DNA of 64,000 nt from a virus: the IMG/VR virus record IMGVR_UViG_3300032665_000006, positions 32,001 to 96,000 of that record; one strand, 5' to 3'. Shown in pieces: positions 41,594 through 50,497 of the stretch. Under the pieces are notes generated by a model. The model was not told where the DNA came from, ran no database searches, and saw only the letters and a list, made by a program, of their open reading frames with translations. Each line of letters starts with the position of its first letter. Positions within the stretch are counted from its first letter, which is position 1. The position numbers and the translations under genes are program-made.

Positions 41594-42658
41594 TCTAAAC
41601 AATTTTTCGGCATTGCGAAATGCTATATTTTCTATATCTTGTTCCGAAAGCCCGGAAACGTATAAATCGCTGGTATCTTTCCATTTGTTTAATCCGCTAG
41701 GGTCGTGGTGTGGATAATCTGTACTAAACAGTAATCGTTTTGGACCAACATATTCCATTAAAACATTAAAACTAGGTCTCATTTCTATGTCAATAGTAAA
41801 ATATATATTTTCTTTGATATAACTAAAAGGATGATTTTTACATTTATATAGACTTGGATCACGAGTATAAGACTCTGCTATATTCTTCAAAATTTTGCCT
41901 ATCATTAGTTGGGCGCCTTCTGTTAGTATTATTTGAAGTTTTGGATGTCGGTCGAATATATTGTCAGATAATAAATCATAAACGCCCATCTCTAATCGAC
42001 CTACAGGTTTATTATTTGCAATAAGTTTAATGCGTTCTGGTAAAGAATATGCTATATCGTGCTGCATTGAAAAATGCGTGAATATAACAATATCATTCTT
42101 TTCACACATATCGTAAAATTCCTCCATACGGTCAATAGCTGACCACGGGACATCTCCTTTTGTAGTAGGATCGTACACAGTATAATGTAAGTATGCTACT
42201 TTAAAATTATTATCAATAGCCCACTGTAATTCTAACAATGCCATATCCATATCTTGAAATGGCAGTAATGCGACCCCAAAGAATCTGTCTGGATATTGAT
42301 CTACGATATTTTTAACTACTATATTATAGCTATGGGCCATGGCAGCTCCAAGATTTTTTTCGGTTGAATAGTTAAACCTCATAGCTCGCTCCTGCGGAGC
42401 AAGCAATTGCATATCAACTTTCATCTTTGCTAAATCTTTAAATCTTTCGACTATGTTAGTAAGCCCGTATAAATCGCAATGAAGTGTATCTGGTTTGCTG
42501 TCGGTTTTGTTTATAATTGGATCTTTAGCATATTGTATATCAAACAATCTACCATCTTGATCAAAAAATAGCTTAGGTAAATCTTGTTTAAGGTTGTCTG
42601 GTACAAAGTCAAATATTTCTGGGGGAATAATATGACTGTCACAATCGATTATTTTCAT
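41588..42658 (-). CDS. Amidohydrolase_2 family (decarboxylase/hydratase-like) metalloenzyme
   Basis: MKIIDCDSH, YPDRF, FSTDYPH, NAEKLF. Start placed at 42658, 5 nt after TAAATA. Confidence 0.85.
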   Translation of the reverse strand: MKIIDCDSHIIPPEIFDFVPDNLKQDLPKLFFDQDGRLFDIQYAKDPIINKTDSKPDTLHCDLYGLTNIVERFKDLAKMKVDMQLLAPQERAMRFNYSTEKNLGAAMAHSYNIVVKNIVDQYPDRFFGVALLPFQDMDMALLELQWAIDNNFKVAYLHYTVYDPTTKGDVPWSAIDRMEEFYDMCEKNDIVIFTHFSMQHDIAYSLPERIKLIANNKPVGRLEMGVYDLLSDNIFDRHPKLQIILTEGAQLMIGKILKNIAESYTRDPSLYKCKNHPFSYIKENIYFTIDIEMRPSFNVLMEYVGPKRLLFSTDYPHHDPSGLNKWKDTSDLYVSGLSEQDIENIAFRNAEKLFRL

Positions 42659-42666
42659 AATAGTAT

Positions 42667-43587
42667 TTACTTCGATACATCCAAGATTTTGACCCATTTA
42701 TTGTAAGTAGGCTCTACTTCTCTTTCTATATAATCATTTTTTGGATTCATATCGATATTATAATCTTGTTCTTTATAAAAGTTAACTCTATTAGCTTTCA
42801 TAAAACCGACAGTTATACTTCGAACAAGCAAATCTATGTCTTTAGTATCACGACTTACAGTTATTCCAAAATAATTAACTAATGTAGGAACTGGAGCATA
42901 CTTAGTAATACTAGGAACTCCGTTGATTCCGGTAGGTTGTGCTACACCTAAAATGCGTACTTGTGACCCTCGCAGATTTAACGATCCATACGCATCTGAA
43001 ACCATATCTACTTGTCCGCTCAGCAGAGCCATAAGCTCTTCGTTGCCGCCTTTGTATCTAATTGCCTGAATGTCGTGATGACTATATTTGGCAATTTGTT
43101 TAACTAACATTTCGTGGGATTCTCCACCAACAGCAATGTTAATACTTTGTCTTGGAATTTTTTTATCAAACAAATCGCCGATTGATTTAAATTTACTGTC
43201 TGGTCTTACTGCGATAGCTAGTGGACTAGTTATTACTGGGCCAATAACCTTTAATCGATCAATAAAGTTATTTTCAGGATGTACAAGTGCTTCAAATAAA
43301 ACTTGGCCACCCGATGTACCTAATATTGATTTGTTTGTTTGAGGTTTTTCAAAATAAGTTTTTAATGCGATAGAACCATTTGCTCCAGGTCGTTCTAATA
43401 CAATAAATTTTAAACGCCCAGCAGTATCAGCATCACTAACAAAAGTTCTAATGATAGTATTGGCGCCTCCAGCACCATATCCTACTGTAACCACAACATC
43501 GTCTGACTCTGTAGTCCAAGGCATAGTATATGTGCCGGCCCATACCAAATTGCTAGTTAACAGTAATAATAAAAGTAGTTTTTTCAT
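42667..43587 (-). CDS. Bug/TctC-family tripartite tricarboxylate solute-binding protein with signal peptide
   Basis: Signal peptide MKKLLLLLLLTSNLVWA; GYGAGG, RPGANG, 'IRYKGG.E...LLSGQVD', 'GVPSI'. Confidence 0.75.
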   Translation of the reverse strand: MKKLLLLLLLTSNLVWAGTYTMPWTTESDDVVVTVGYGAGGANTIIRTFVSDADTAGRLKFIVLERPGANGSIALKTYFEKPQTNKSILGTSGGQVLFEALVHPENNFIDRLKVIGPVITSPLAIAVRPDSKFKSIGDLFDKKIPRQSINIAVGGESHEMLVKQIAKYSHHDIQAIRYKGGNEELMALLSGQVDMVSDAYGSLNLRGSQVRILGVAQPTGINGVPSITKYAPVPTLVNYFGITVSRDTKDIDLLVRSITVGFMKANRVNFYKEQDYNIDMNPKNDYIEREVEPTYNKWVKILDVSK

Positions 43588-43621
43588 AATCTAATACTTA
43601 TCTTGTTATTTGCGTTGCCAT

Positions 43622-43647
43622 AAAAAAAGCACTCCGAAGAGTGCTTT
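43622..43647 (-). terminator. Intrinsic terminator (UUCG loop) after dctP
   Basis: Minus strand AAAGCACTC-TTCG-GAGTGC followed by a T7 run. Confidence 0.85.
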
Positions 43648-43665
43648 GATTTTATTACTATTTAA

Positions 43666-44622
43666 TTAAGCATTTTTAATGCGGTTAACCAAATCATCAG
43701 AGAAGTATGTAGTATACTTGTCATAGATTGGAGCCATCATGGCTTTGAACTTAGCAACTTCTGCTTCATCCCATTTAACAACATTAACACCGTTAGCACG
43801 GCACTCTGCTTCAACACGAATAGCGTCTTCAACACTTTCGACACGCTCAATCTTAGCACTAGCTACACCAGCTGCTTTCATAGCGGCTTGCTGTTCTTCT
43901 GTTAATGTATTCCAAAACTCACGATTAACGATGATACTAGTACAAGCAACATTATGCTCCATATCATTGATGAATGGTAATGCTTTGTCATTGTTTAAAG
44001 GATAGTAACGTGTGTAAGTACACTCGCCAGCTTCTACTTCACCGGACAATGTGCGTTCTGTTAATTCTTCAACTGGGAAGAATGTAGTTTCAGCACCTAA
44101 CGCATCAAATGTGTCTTTGATAACTGGCCCACTACTAACACGGAACTTAACGCCTTTAAAATCTTCTACACTAGCAATAGACTTAGTAGCAGGAATAGTT
44201 CTATAACCACCAGAGTAAGTAAATGCTAATGCTTTGATCTTTTCGCCGCCTTCTGATTCTAATTTACCTAAAAGTTCTTCACCGATAGCACCGTCAAATA
44301 CACGAGCTGCATGATCATGATCTTTAAACAAGAAAGGCATATCGATAACATTTAATGTACGGGAATAGCGATCAGCTAACCATGTTGTGTATAATTGACT
44401 TACTTGGATCTTACCAGCTTCCATTAAATCTAATACATCTTTTTTGCCGACTGGGACACCGTTGTTGTATTTTTCGCTGTATTCACTATCAGTTAATACT
44501 TCGATTTCGATCTGTCCTGGAACACGCTCTTCTAGCGCATCCTTGAAAAATTTAGCAGCACGGATAAACAAATATGCTGGATCGTGAGCAATAACCCACA
44601 CAATTTTTTTACTTTGACTCAT
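43666..44622 (-). CDS. dctP: TRAP-type DctP solute-binding protein lacking a signal peptide
   Basis: DMPFLFKD..HA, GGYR, 'EDFKGVKFRV', LGA, 'FWNTLTEEQQ' motifs; AAGGAGA SD; own terminator. Confidence 0.8.
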   Translation of the reverse strand: MSQSKKIVWVIAHDPAYLFIRAAKFFKDALEERVPGQIEIEVLTDSEYSEKYNNGVPVGKKDVLDLMEAGKIQVSQLYTTWLADRYSRTLNVIDMPFLFKDHDHAARVFDGAIGEELLGKLESEGGEKIKALAFTYSGGYRTIPATKSIASVEDFKGVKFRVSSGPVIKDTFDALGAETTFFPVEELTERTLSGEVEAGECTYTRYYPLNNDKALPFINDMEHNVACTSIIVNREFWNTLTEEQQAAMKAAGVASAKIERVESVEDAIRVEAECRANGVNVVKWDEAEVAKFKAMMAPIYDKYTTYFSDDLVNRIKNA

Positions 44623-44654
44623 TTTTATCTCCTTTAGATAATGTACAGTTTTAT

Positions 44655-45830
44655 TTATTCGATTTTTCCGATAACATATCGATTGCTATATAAACGAAAA
44701 CCAGTGCCCTTTGGACGCAGATATTTGTGTTTAATATTCCTAAAAAAGTGGGTAAAATCACTAACAATAAGCTGATGCAATCGTGTTTCGCGATGATTTT
44801 TGTAAAACCAATAGTCATGACTAGCCATGAATACTTCTTTAGCTTTTTTAGCTTGGAAACTAGAAGTCATATCAATATCAGGGTATATAATAGGCACTAT
44901 AGCCCGTTCGTAAGTCCCATTCCTGCTAGCAATAAATTCTTTCTTTTCAGGCGACCATAAAGTTTCGTAATTTTCAACATATCTGTGTTTACTCCAGTCA
45001 AATATGTAATCTTTTATATACTGGTATTGTGGTAACTTAATCATTTTAATTATTTCGTGCGACTGTTTTATTACTATCTCGGGCAATCTTGGAGTTGAAT
45101 AAAACAACACAATATCAACATTATCGTAAAATTGATCAAATGGTTGTCGGGGAACATTGATACTAGCATCGTTAAATTCGGTATAAATTGTATCATTTTC
45201 AAAAGATAACTTTGGCTTTTCTATTCCGTAAACAACGGCTATTCGTTTGCCTTGATCAGCTAATGCTTTAAGATGTGTTAGTTGATCTAGCCGATATCTG
45301 GCAACAGTAGTAGGATGAATATGATCCGAAGATTGATAAAGCCATTCGTCGGTTTTATAGTCCAACATAGTTTTAAAAAAGTCATTAATAGAAATTTTTA
45401 TATCAGGATGCGACATAGATACTTCGTGTAAATATGGCATAGTAGTTAACAGCCATTCACTTGCGTTATTGCTAGCCGCAGTATCAGTTGATGCTTTAAA
45501 ATCTCGTAAGCCAGTTAACGGTACTCCGGCAACTACTTCGTCTACACGAATATTATTGTTTAAAAAACTGTGAAGTACGTTAGTGCTATCAGCACCTCCG
45601 CTAAACATAACTACAACATAATCATATTCATCTCTGATTTGACGTGCTCTAATTTTGTAAAGCTCGGTTAATGATAAAGTTGGCTCAATAGTCCAATTAG
45701 TTTGGTTGAACTTGTCTATATGAAAGTCCCAAGTAATATCAGCTTCAGTTTTGCCTGCTTCTAAAATAGCTTCAATTTTATCTAGATATACTTTATTGTC
45801 AACAATATACTTGCCTAAATATTCCTTCAT
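44655..45830 (-). CDS. PP-loop ATPase, subfamily B
   Basis: 'YDYVVVMFSGGADSTN', GIEKP, FYSTP...KQSH. Confidence 0.7.
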   Translation of the reverse strand: MKEYLGKYIVDNKVYLDKIEAILEAGKTEADITWDFHIDKFNQTNWTIEPTLSLTELYKIRARQIRDEYDYVVVMFSGGADSTNVLHSFLNNNIRVDEVVAGVPLTGLRDFKASTDTAASNNASEWLLTTMPYLHEVSMSHPDIKISINDFFKTMLDYKTDEWLYQSSDHIHPTTVARYRLDQLTHLKALADQGKRIAVVYGIEKPKLSFENDTIYTEFNDASINVPRQPFDQFYDNVDIVLFYSTPRLPEIVIKQSHEIIKMIKLPQYQYIKDYIFDWSKHRYVENYETLWSPEKKEFIASRNGTYERAIVPIIYPDIDMTSSFQAKKAKEVFMASHDYWFYKNHRETRLHQLIVSDFTHFFRNIKHKYLRPKGTGFRLYSNRYVIGKIE

Positions 45831-47038
45831 TGTATATTTTCCAAAAATTGTTTGTAGTGGCCAATCTTATAGCGTTGTGTGTATAATTTAAAACCAGTTT
45901 GTTGTGGTGACAAGTACATAGGGTTTATATTTTTATAAAATAATTTAAAATCACTTTCTAATAGTTGTGAAGTCCGTGTGTCTTTGTGTAATTGGTCAAA
46001 CCAACTACTTTGAGGCGGCAAAAAAGCTACTGTAGATTTTTGACACTGAAACACCGGAGTAACTGTTGACGGATATATAGCAGGAACAATACCGCGTTGA
46101 TAATCTCCTTTTATATTAACAACAGCACTATCGTTTGGATCCTTACTTTTCCAAAAGCCAGGATTGCCCATATTTCGTACAGCGTCTACTAACCAACGAT
46201 TTTCTTTTTTGTGAATATACTTAGCAGTTACATGACTCTGCTTAACTAAAACTTCGGGCATTTCTGGACCCCAGTAAAACAAGATACGATTAACATTAGG
46301 ATAAAGAATGTCAAAAGGTAACACAACATTATTAACTCCTAAATCAGTAATCATAGTATAAACATTACCGTGTTCATCATATCGCAACAACGGTTTATCG
46401 CAACCCCACACTATGCCTATGCGTTTGCCTGCTTCGGCCATGTCTTTAAGATACTTAAATTTGTTCAAGTCACCCTTGCCAGTTACTGAGGGTGTAATCC
46501 AGTCGGGGCATTTATAAAGCCAATCATCAGTTTTACTATTAATAATATCTTCGAAAAAATCATTAATAGTAACTTTGACTTTTGGAAAGTTTACAGAAAT
46601 TTCATGTAGCAATGGAAACAATGCGTATTTTGTTTCGCTCATTGTATTGCTAGCAGAAGTATCTTTATCGTTCCAATCCCAGTTACTTAATCCGGACATA
46701 GGAGCTGATCCAATTACTTCGTCTACATGGATACCATTATTTAAAAAACTTTTAATTACATTGGTACTATCAGCGCCGCCGCTACACATAACGATTACAT
46801 AATCGTATGAATCTCTAATTTGTTGGGCTCTTAGGCGATAAAGTTCGTCTAAGGATAACGCTGGCTCGGTAAGCCAGTCTATTTGATTGAATACATCTCT
46901 ATGAAAATTCCATCTAATTTCAGTAAGCGTTTTTTGTGCTTCTAAAACAGCTTCAATTTTGCTTATAAAAACTTTATTATTAACGCTGTAATGCCCAGCT
47001 TCCCAATAAGAAGCTGGAAAATTTTCGTAAAGATTCAT
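45827..47038 (-). CDS. PP-loop ATPase, subfamily B (tandem paralog)
   Basis: 'YDYVIVMCSGGADSTN', GCDKP, FYWGP...KQSH. Confidence 0.7.
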   Translation of the reverse strand: MNLYENFPASYWEAGHYSVNNKVFISKIEAVLEAQKTLTEIRWNFHRDVFNQIDWLTEPALSLDELYRLRAQQIRDSYDYVIVMCSGGADSTNVIKSFLNNGIHVDEVIGSAPMSGLSNWDWNDKDTSASNTMSETKYALFPLLHEISVNFPKVKVTINDFFEDIINSKTDDWLYKCPDWITPSVTGKGDLNKFKYLKDMAEAGKRIGIVWGCDKPLLRYDEHGNVYTMITDLGVNNVVLPFDILYPNVNRILFYWGPEMPEVLVKQSHVTAKYIHKKENRWLVDAVRNMGNPGFWKSKDPNDSAVVNIKGDYQRGIVPAIYPSTVTPVFQCQKSTVAFLPPQSSWFDQLHKDTRTSQLLESDFKLFYKNINPMYLSPQQTGFKLYTQRYKIGHYKQFLENIQ

Positions 47039-47042
47039 CTAA

Positions 47043-47348
47043 TTAGGAAACGGTCTCGTTGCTAAGAGTTGTTAAACCAATCGAAGCATTATACGCAGAT
47101 CTTTCGGTAGCAAGTGGTCTTGTTAATCTAGCAGAATGCCAAGCTGCGTAATTTTCTACAGTATCAAATACTACTGTATAAACTTTAGTATTTTCGTCTG
47201 TGTTTTCGTAGTGTTGACTAACAAATCCTGGTTGCTGTGAAGTCCAAACATCATGAGCAGTTGCTTTAGCTTTGTTGTCGGCGCTTACATCGCCATAAAA
47301 AGTTGTACCAGCTGGTTTTCTTGAATAAATCGTAAGGGTAATTGCCAT
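47043..47348 (-). CDS. Small protein, possible dimeric alpha-beta barrel (ABM-like)
   Basis: 'QQPGFVS...YTVVFDTVENYAAW' pattern; AGGAGA SD and upstream TAAATA. Confidence 0.4.
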   Translation of the reverse strand: MAITLTIYSRKPAGTTFYGDVSADNKAKATAHDVWTSQQPGFVSQHYENTDENTKVYTVVFDTVENYAAWHSARLTRPLATERSAYNASIGLTTLSNETVS

Positions 47349-48977
47349 TTAAATATCTCCTAATAGTATATTATTTAGTGATAATACTTTAGCAAACTCT
47401 GATTCTAACCAATTAAAATCATTGATTAACCCTAATGCTTCTAAGTCACCACTATTTGTTTTGCCATAATTGTAACCAGCAATAGCACCTTTAATAGCCC
47501 ATTCTCCGTAAGGTTTGTATTTGCCCTCTGAACACCAAACTTTAAGTCGTTTTTGACTTTCCCGGGATAGTTGTCGTTTCATAATGCCCCCACTTAGTTT
47601 AGCACATTCTCTGAACGCACTACGCCAAGTATTAAATTCACTGGTATTAAACGCAGTAACATTACTAATTCTATCCATAATTTTAAATTTTTTGCTAATA
47701 CTAGTAGTCATATCAGTATTAGATGGATCTGCTAATAACATTAATTCTTTAGGGATTAATTTAACTCCGCCATAGCCGTATTCTAGATTATTGACAGGAT
47801 TTATACTACGCCAAACATGAACACAGTCACGATCAAACAAATTAGGTTGGAATGTAAAATCCCATTCTTCCATTAACCAAGCATCACCGTCTACAACATA
47901 AAACATATCGGTAGTTACTAATTCGGCGGCACACTTGTGAGCGTTAACAATTCCGTTAACTCCATCTACACGAAATGCTTGCGGAACTTTTTCTAAAACA
48001 CGTTGCCAATTATCTTCAGCATTGGGTTCGTTATAACTTATAAACACAACATCTAATTGCTCAGGCAAATCAACTTTAATTTTTCCTACTACTTTAACAC
48101 CTTTTGATTCGTGCGGGATAATTTTAGCAGCCCAAATTTCCTCGTAACTGTTAACTAATGTATCGTCGACAAGCCAGATATGTTCATAATTTAAATCATA
48201 GTAAGGAATTTTATCTTCTATTGTGTAATTTAATTCAGGCAATGCTGGGTTATAAACTATCTTAGGTTTAACATATCCCATATCTTTTACAGGCTTAACA
48301 CCACCGCCTCGAACTTTTAATTTAATGGCCCATACTCTATCGAGCGTAGGATTAAACTGATTATCTAAGTACCATACACATTCGTACTTTAAATCATACC
48401 ATTGCATCTTATAATCAAAGTTATAATCTATTTTGGGAATATCGCGGTTATAAATAGTTCTAATTAACACATCGAGTGTCAGATAGCCCATATCCTTTGT
48501 ACCCGATACTCCAAAGTCCGTTGCTTGAGCTTTTAATGCCCATACTTTATCGGGGGTGGGATTAAACTCAGGATCGATATACCAAACTAATTGATATTTT
48601 AAGTCACTTAAATTCAATGTAGTAGAGGTTGGGTCATTAATAAACGGAATAGAACTATCTATGTCCGGATTTCTTTCCCATGTAATATTAATGTCATCTA
48701 GTGTTATAGTATAGAATCGTTTGATAGTCTGCCAAGATTTAGTAAAGTATTTTACTATCCACTGGCCTTGGCAATTCCACACGGTTGAATATTCATTTTG
48801 ATATTTTTCCAAATCTATTTTTTCAAATAAACCCAAATGACTAAATTCTGGATTAATAACAATAAACTCATCTCGGCCTTGCCCTAGTTCGTATAAAGCA
48901 TTGTTATAATCTAAGGAAATACCTTTCCATTCTACTTTTTCTACTTCTTCTTTAGGTACTATATAAACATTAATCAT
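47349..48977 (-). CDS. GT-A-like domain fused to N-terminal tandem repeats
   Basis: The C-terminal 'FISYNEPN...RVDGVNGIVNAHK...VVDGD...WRSAFRE' domain is paralogous to 24949-25887. Repeats read LKY..VWY.D..FNPT.D.VWA.K...KDMGY. Start placed at the ATGA overlap. Confidence 0.6.
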   Translation of the reverse strand: MINVYIVPKEEVEKVEWKGISLDYNNALYELGQGRDEFIVINPEFSHLGLFEKIDLEKYQNEYSTVWNCQGQWIVKYFTKSWQTIKRFYTITLDDINITWERNPDIDSSIPFINDPTSTTLNLSDLKYQLVWYIDPEFNPTPDKVWALKAQATDFGVSGTKDMGYLTLDVLIRTIYNRDIPKIDYNFDYKMQWYDLKYECVWYLDNQFNPTLDRVWAIKLKVRGGGVKPVKDMGYVKPKIVYNPALPELNYTIEDKIPYYDLNYEHIWLVDDTLVNSYEEIWAAKIIPHESKGVKVVGKIKVDLPEQLDVVFISYNEPNAEDNWQRVLEKVPQAFRVDGVNGIVNAHKCAAELVTTDMFYVVDGDAWLMEEWDFTFQPNLFDRDCVHVWRSINPVNNLEYGYGGVKLIPKELMLLADPSNTDMTTSISKKFKIMDRISNVTAFNTSEFNTWRSAFRECAKLSGGIMKRQLSRESQKRLKVWCSEGKYKPYGEWAIKGAIAGYNYGKTNSGDLEALGLINDFNWLESEFAKVLSLNNILLGDI

Positions 48978-49924
48978 TTTTGTATAAGCCAATCGTAGTA
49001 TTCTTGAAATCCTTCTTCTATATCTATAGTAGGATAGTAGCCAAAGTCGCTCCGTGCTCGCATAGTGTTTAATTGACCTCGAACTGGGAAGTTATTATCT
49101 CTAGATTTTACAATTACTGTGCCTTTACCTGCAATTTTAACAGCTAAATTTGCCGCATCTAACAAAGTACGTGATTGTCCGCGAGTGATATTATAAGTAC
49201 CATTGAGTGTATTTTCACTTACAGCCGCCAATGCTATCCCTGTGGCCGCATCGTCGATAAAAGTAAAGTCTAAGGTATCATCGATGCCGTTAACTATAAG
49301 TTCTCCGCCCTCGATAGCAGTAGTCAAATATTTACTGACTACTCTGTCAACTACATCATATGGTCCGTATATAGCACTAGGGCGAATAATAGTATAATCC
49401 AAATTATATTGACGACTATAATCCTGTACTAGCCATTCGCCGGCTAATTTCATTATACCATATGCGCCAATAGGCCTACAGTCGGCAGCTTCATCCATCC
49501 CATCAAAAAATTCGTGTTTACCAAAGTTTCCGTACACCATAGATGAACTTACATAAACAAACTTTTTAACTTTATGCTTAACACTTAGGTCTAATAAGTT
49601 AAGTAGCCCTTCGCTCATCACACGACTGCCCCATGTTGGGTTACTATTAACTACTTTTTGTCTAGGAAAGCTAGCTAAGTGTATTACAACATCTACACCT
49701 TCGAATATGCTATCATCAAAAGGTTTTTCAATGCTAGCAATACAAATATCACGAGTTTTAATGCGACACATACGCTCAAGCATTAAGTAATCTAATTCTG
49801 GTTGTGGAATAACGCCGTAAGTTGTTTTGTTATCGATAATAGCAACGTCGTGGCGGAAACTTTCGAGTACACGAACTACATTGTGTCCTACGAAACCTAA
49901 TCCACCGGTTACTAATATTTTCAT
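48974..49924 (-). CDS. NAD-dependent NDP-sugar epimerase/dehydratase (extended SDR)
   Basis: MKILVTGGLGFVG, HLAS, SSSMVYG, YGIMK (YxxxK), YGP. True start at 49924. Confidence 0.9.
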   Translation of the reverse strand: MKILVTGGLGFVGHNVVRVLESFRHDVAIIDNKTTYGVIPQPELDYLMLERMCRIKTRDICIASIEKPFDDSIFEGVDVVIHLASFPRQKVVNSNPTWGSRVMSEGLLNLLDLSVKHKVKKFVYVSSSMVYGNFGKHEFFDGMDEAADCRPIGAYGIMKLAGEWLVQDYSRQYNLDYTIIRPSAIYGPYDVVDRVVSKYLTTAIEGGELIVNGIDDTLDFTFIDDAATGIALAAVSENTLNGTYNITRGQSRTLLDAANLAVKIAGKGTVIVKSRDNNFPVRGQLNTMRARSDFGYYPTIDIEEGFQEYYDWLIQK

Positions 49925-50151
49925 ACAAATAGTCCGTGAATGTAAATACCAACCATGATTAAGTTTAATATGATTAAAGAAGGCTCCTTCCATAAGAAAC
50001 TTAACATAACCCATAGGCTAGCATTTAATAAACCTGAAAATTTATAGTAAGGAGCAACATCGTGTGCAGTTAACACTACATGAGTAAGAGCAACAAAAGT
50101 AGCTAACCACTTTATATAAAAGTCTAAAGGTTTGTTTAAGAGTTTTTCCAC
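49921..50151 (-). CDS. Small membrane protein
   Basis: About three hydrophobic segments ('IKWLAT...W....W...LI..N'); start uncertain, GTG at 50151 assumed. Confidence 0.5.
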   Translation of the reverse strand: MEKLLNKPLDFYIKWLATFVALTHVVLTAHDVAPYYKFSGLLNASLWVMLSFLWKEPSLIILNLIMVGIYIHGLFV

Positions 50152-50474
50152 TTGAGTGCCCAATAAGTTTGATCTTGCTCGGATAATCGAGCAATAATGT
50201 AATAGGTCCAACCAAAATTATAAGGATTCAACGCACGGTGCCAAAAAGGTTTTTCGACAGCGTGTTCCATAACCCAACGGCCTGCTTCAGTCTCTTGCCA
50301 TTCCCATATAGGTTGCGCTACATATAAATCTGGATCTTCGACATCGCCCATATTAATTTGATGAACCTTAACATCGGAAAACATTACAGTTTTGTCGCCA
50401 ATAAGTTTCCATTCAGGTTCTTTGAATAGCTTGTCAGCTTCTTCGGATCGATTTGAATATTTTATGCCAGCCAT
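50136..50474 (-). CDS. Hypothetical protein with C-terminal ...YWALKW motif
   Basis: 'GDVEDPDLYVAQPIWEWQ..EAG.WVME'; preceded by TTGTAA-17-TATAAT (50480-50508). Confidence 0.65.
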   Translation of the reverse strand: MAGIKYSNRSEEADKLFKEPEWKLIGDKTVMFSDVKVHQINMGDVEDPDLYVAQPIWEWQETEAGRWVMEHAVEKPFWHRALNPYNFGWTYYIIARLSEQDQTYWALKWKNS

Positions 50475-50497
50475 ACTATATTATAGCATGGCTTATC

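Noticed and set aside
34659-47038. 7-deazaguanine (QueC/QueE) DNA-modification pathway
   Set aside because: The PP-loop proteins lack the QueC C-terminal Cys/Zn motif, and no FolE, QueD or DpdA is visible in this window.
34659-47348. Lasso peptide or other RiPP cluster (AsnB-like plus radical SAM enzymes)
   Set aside because: No B1/RRE, transglutaminase-like B2 protease or convincing precursor peptide was found, and intergenic gaps are too short to hide one. A precursor outside the window is not excluded.
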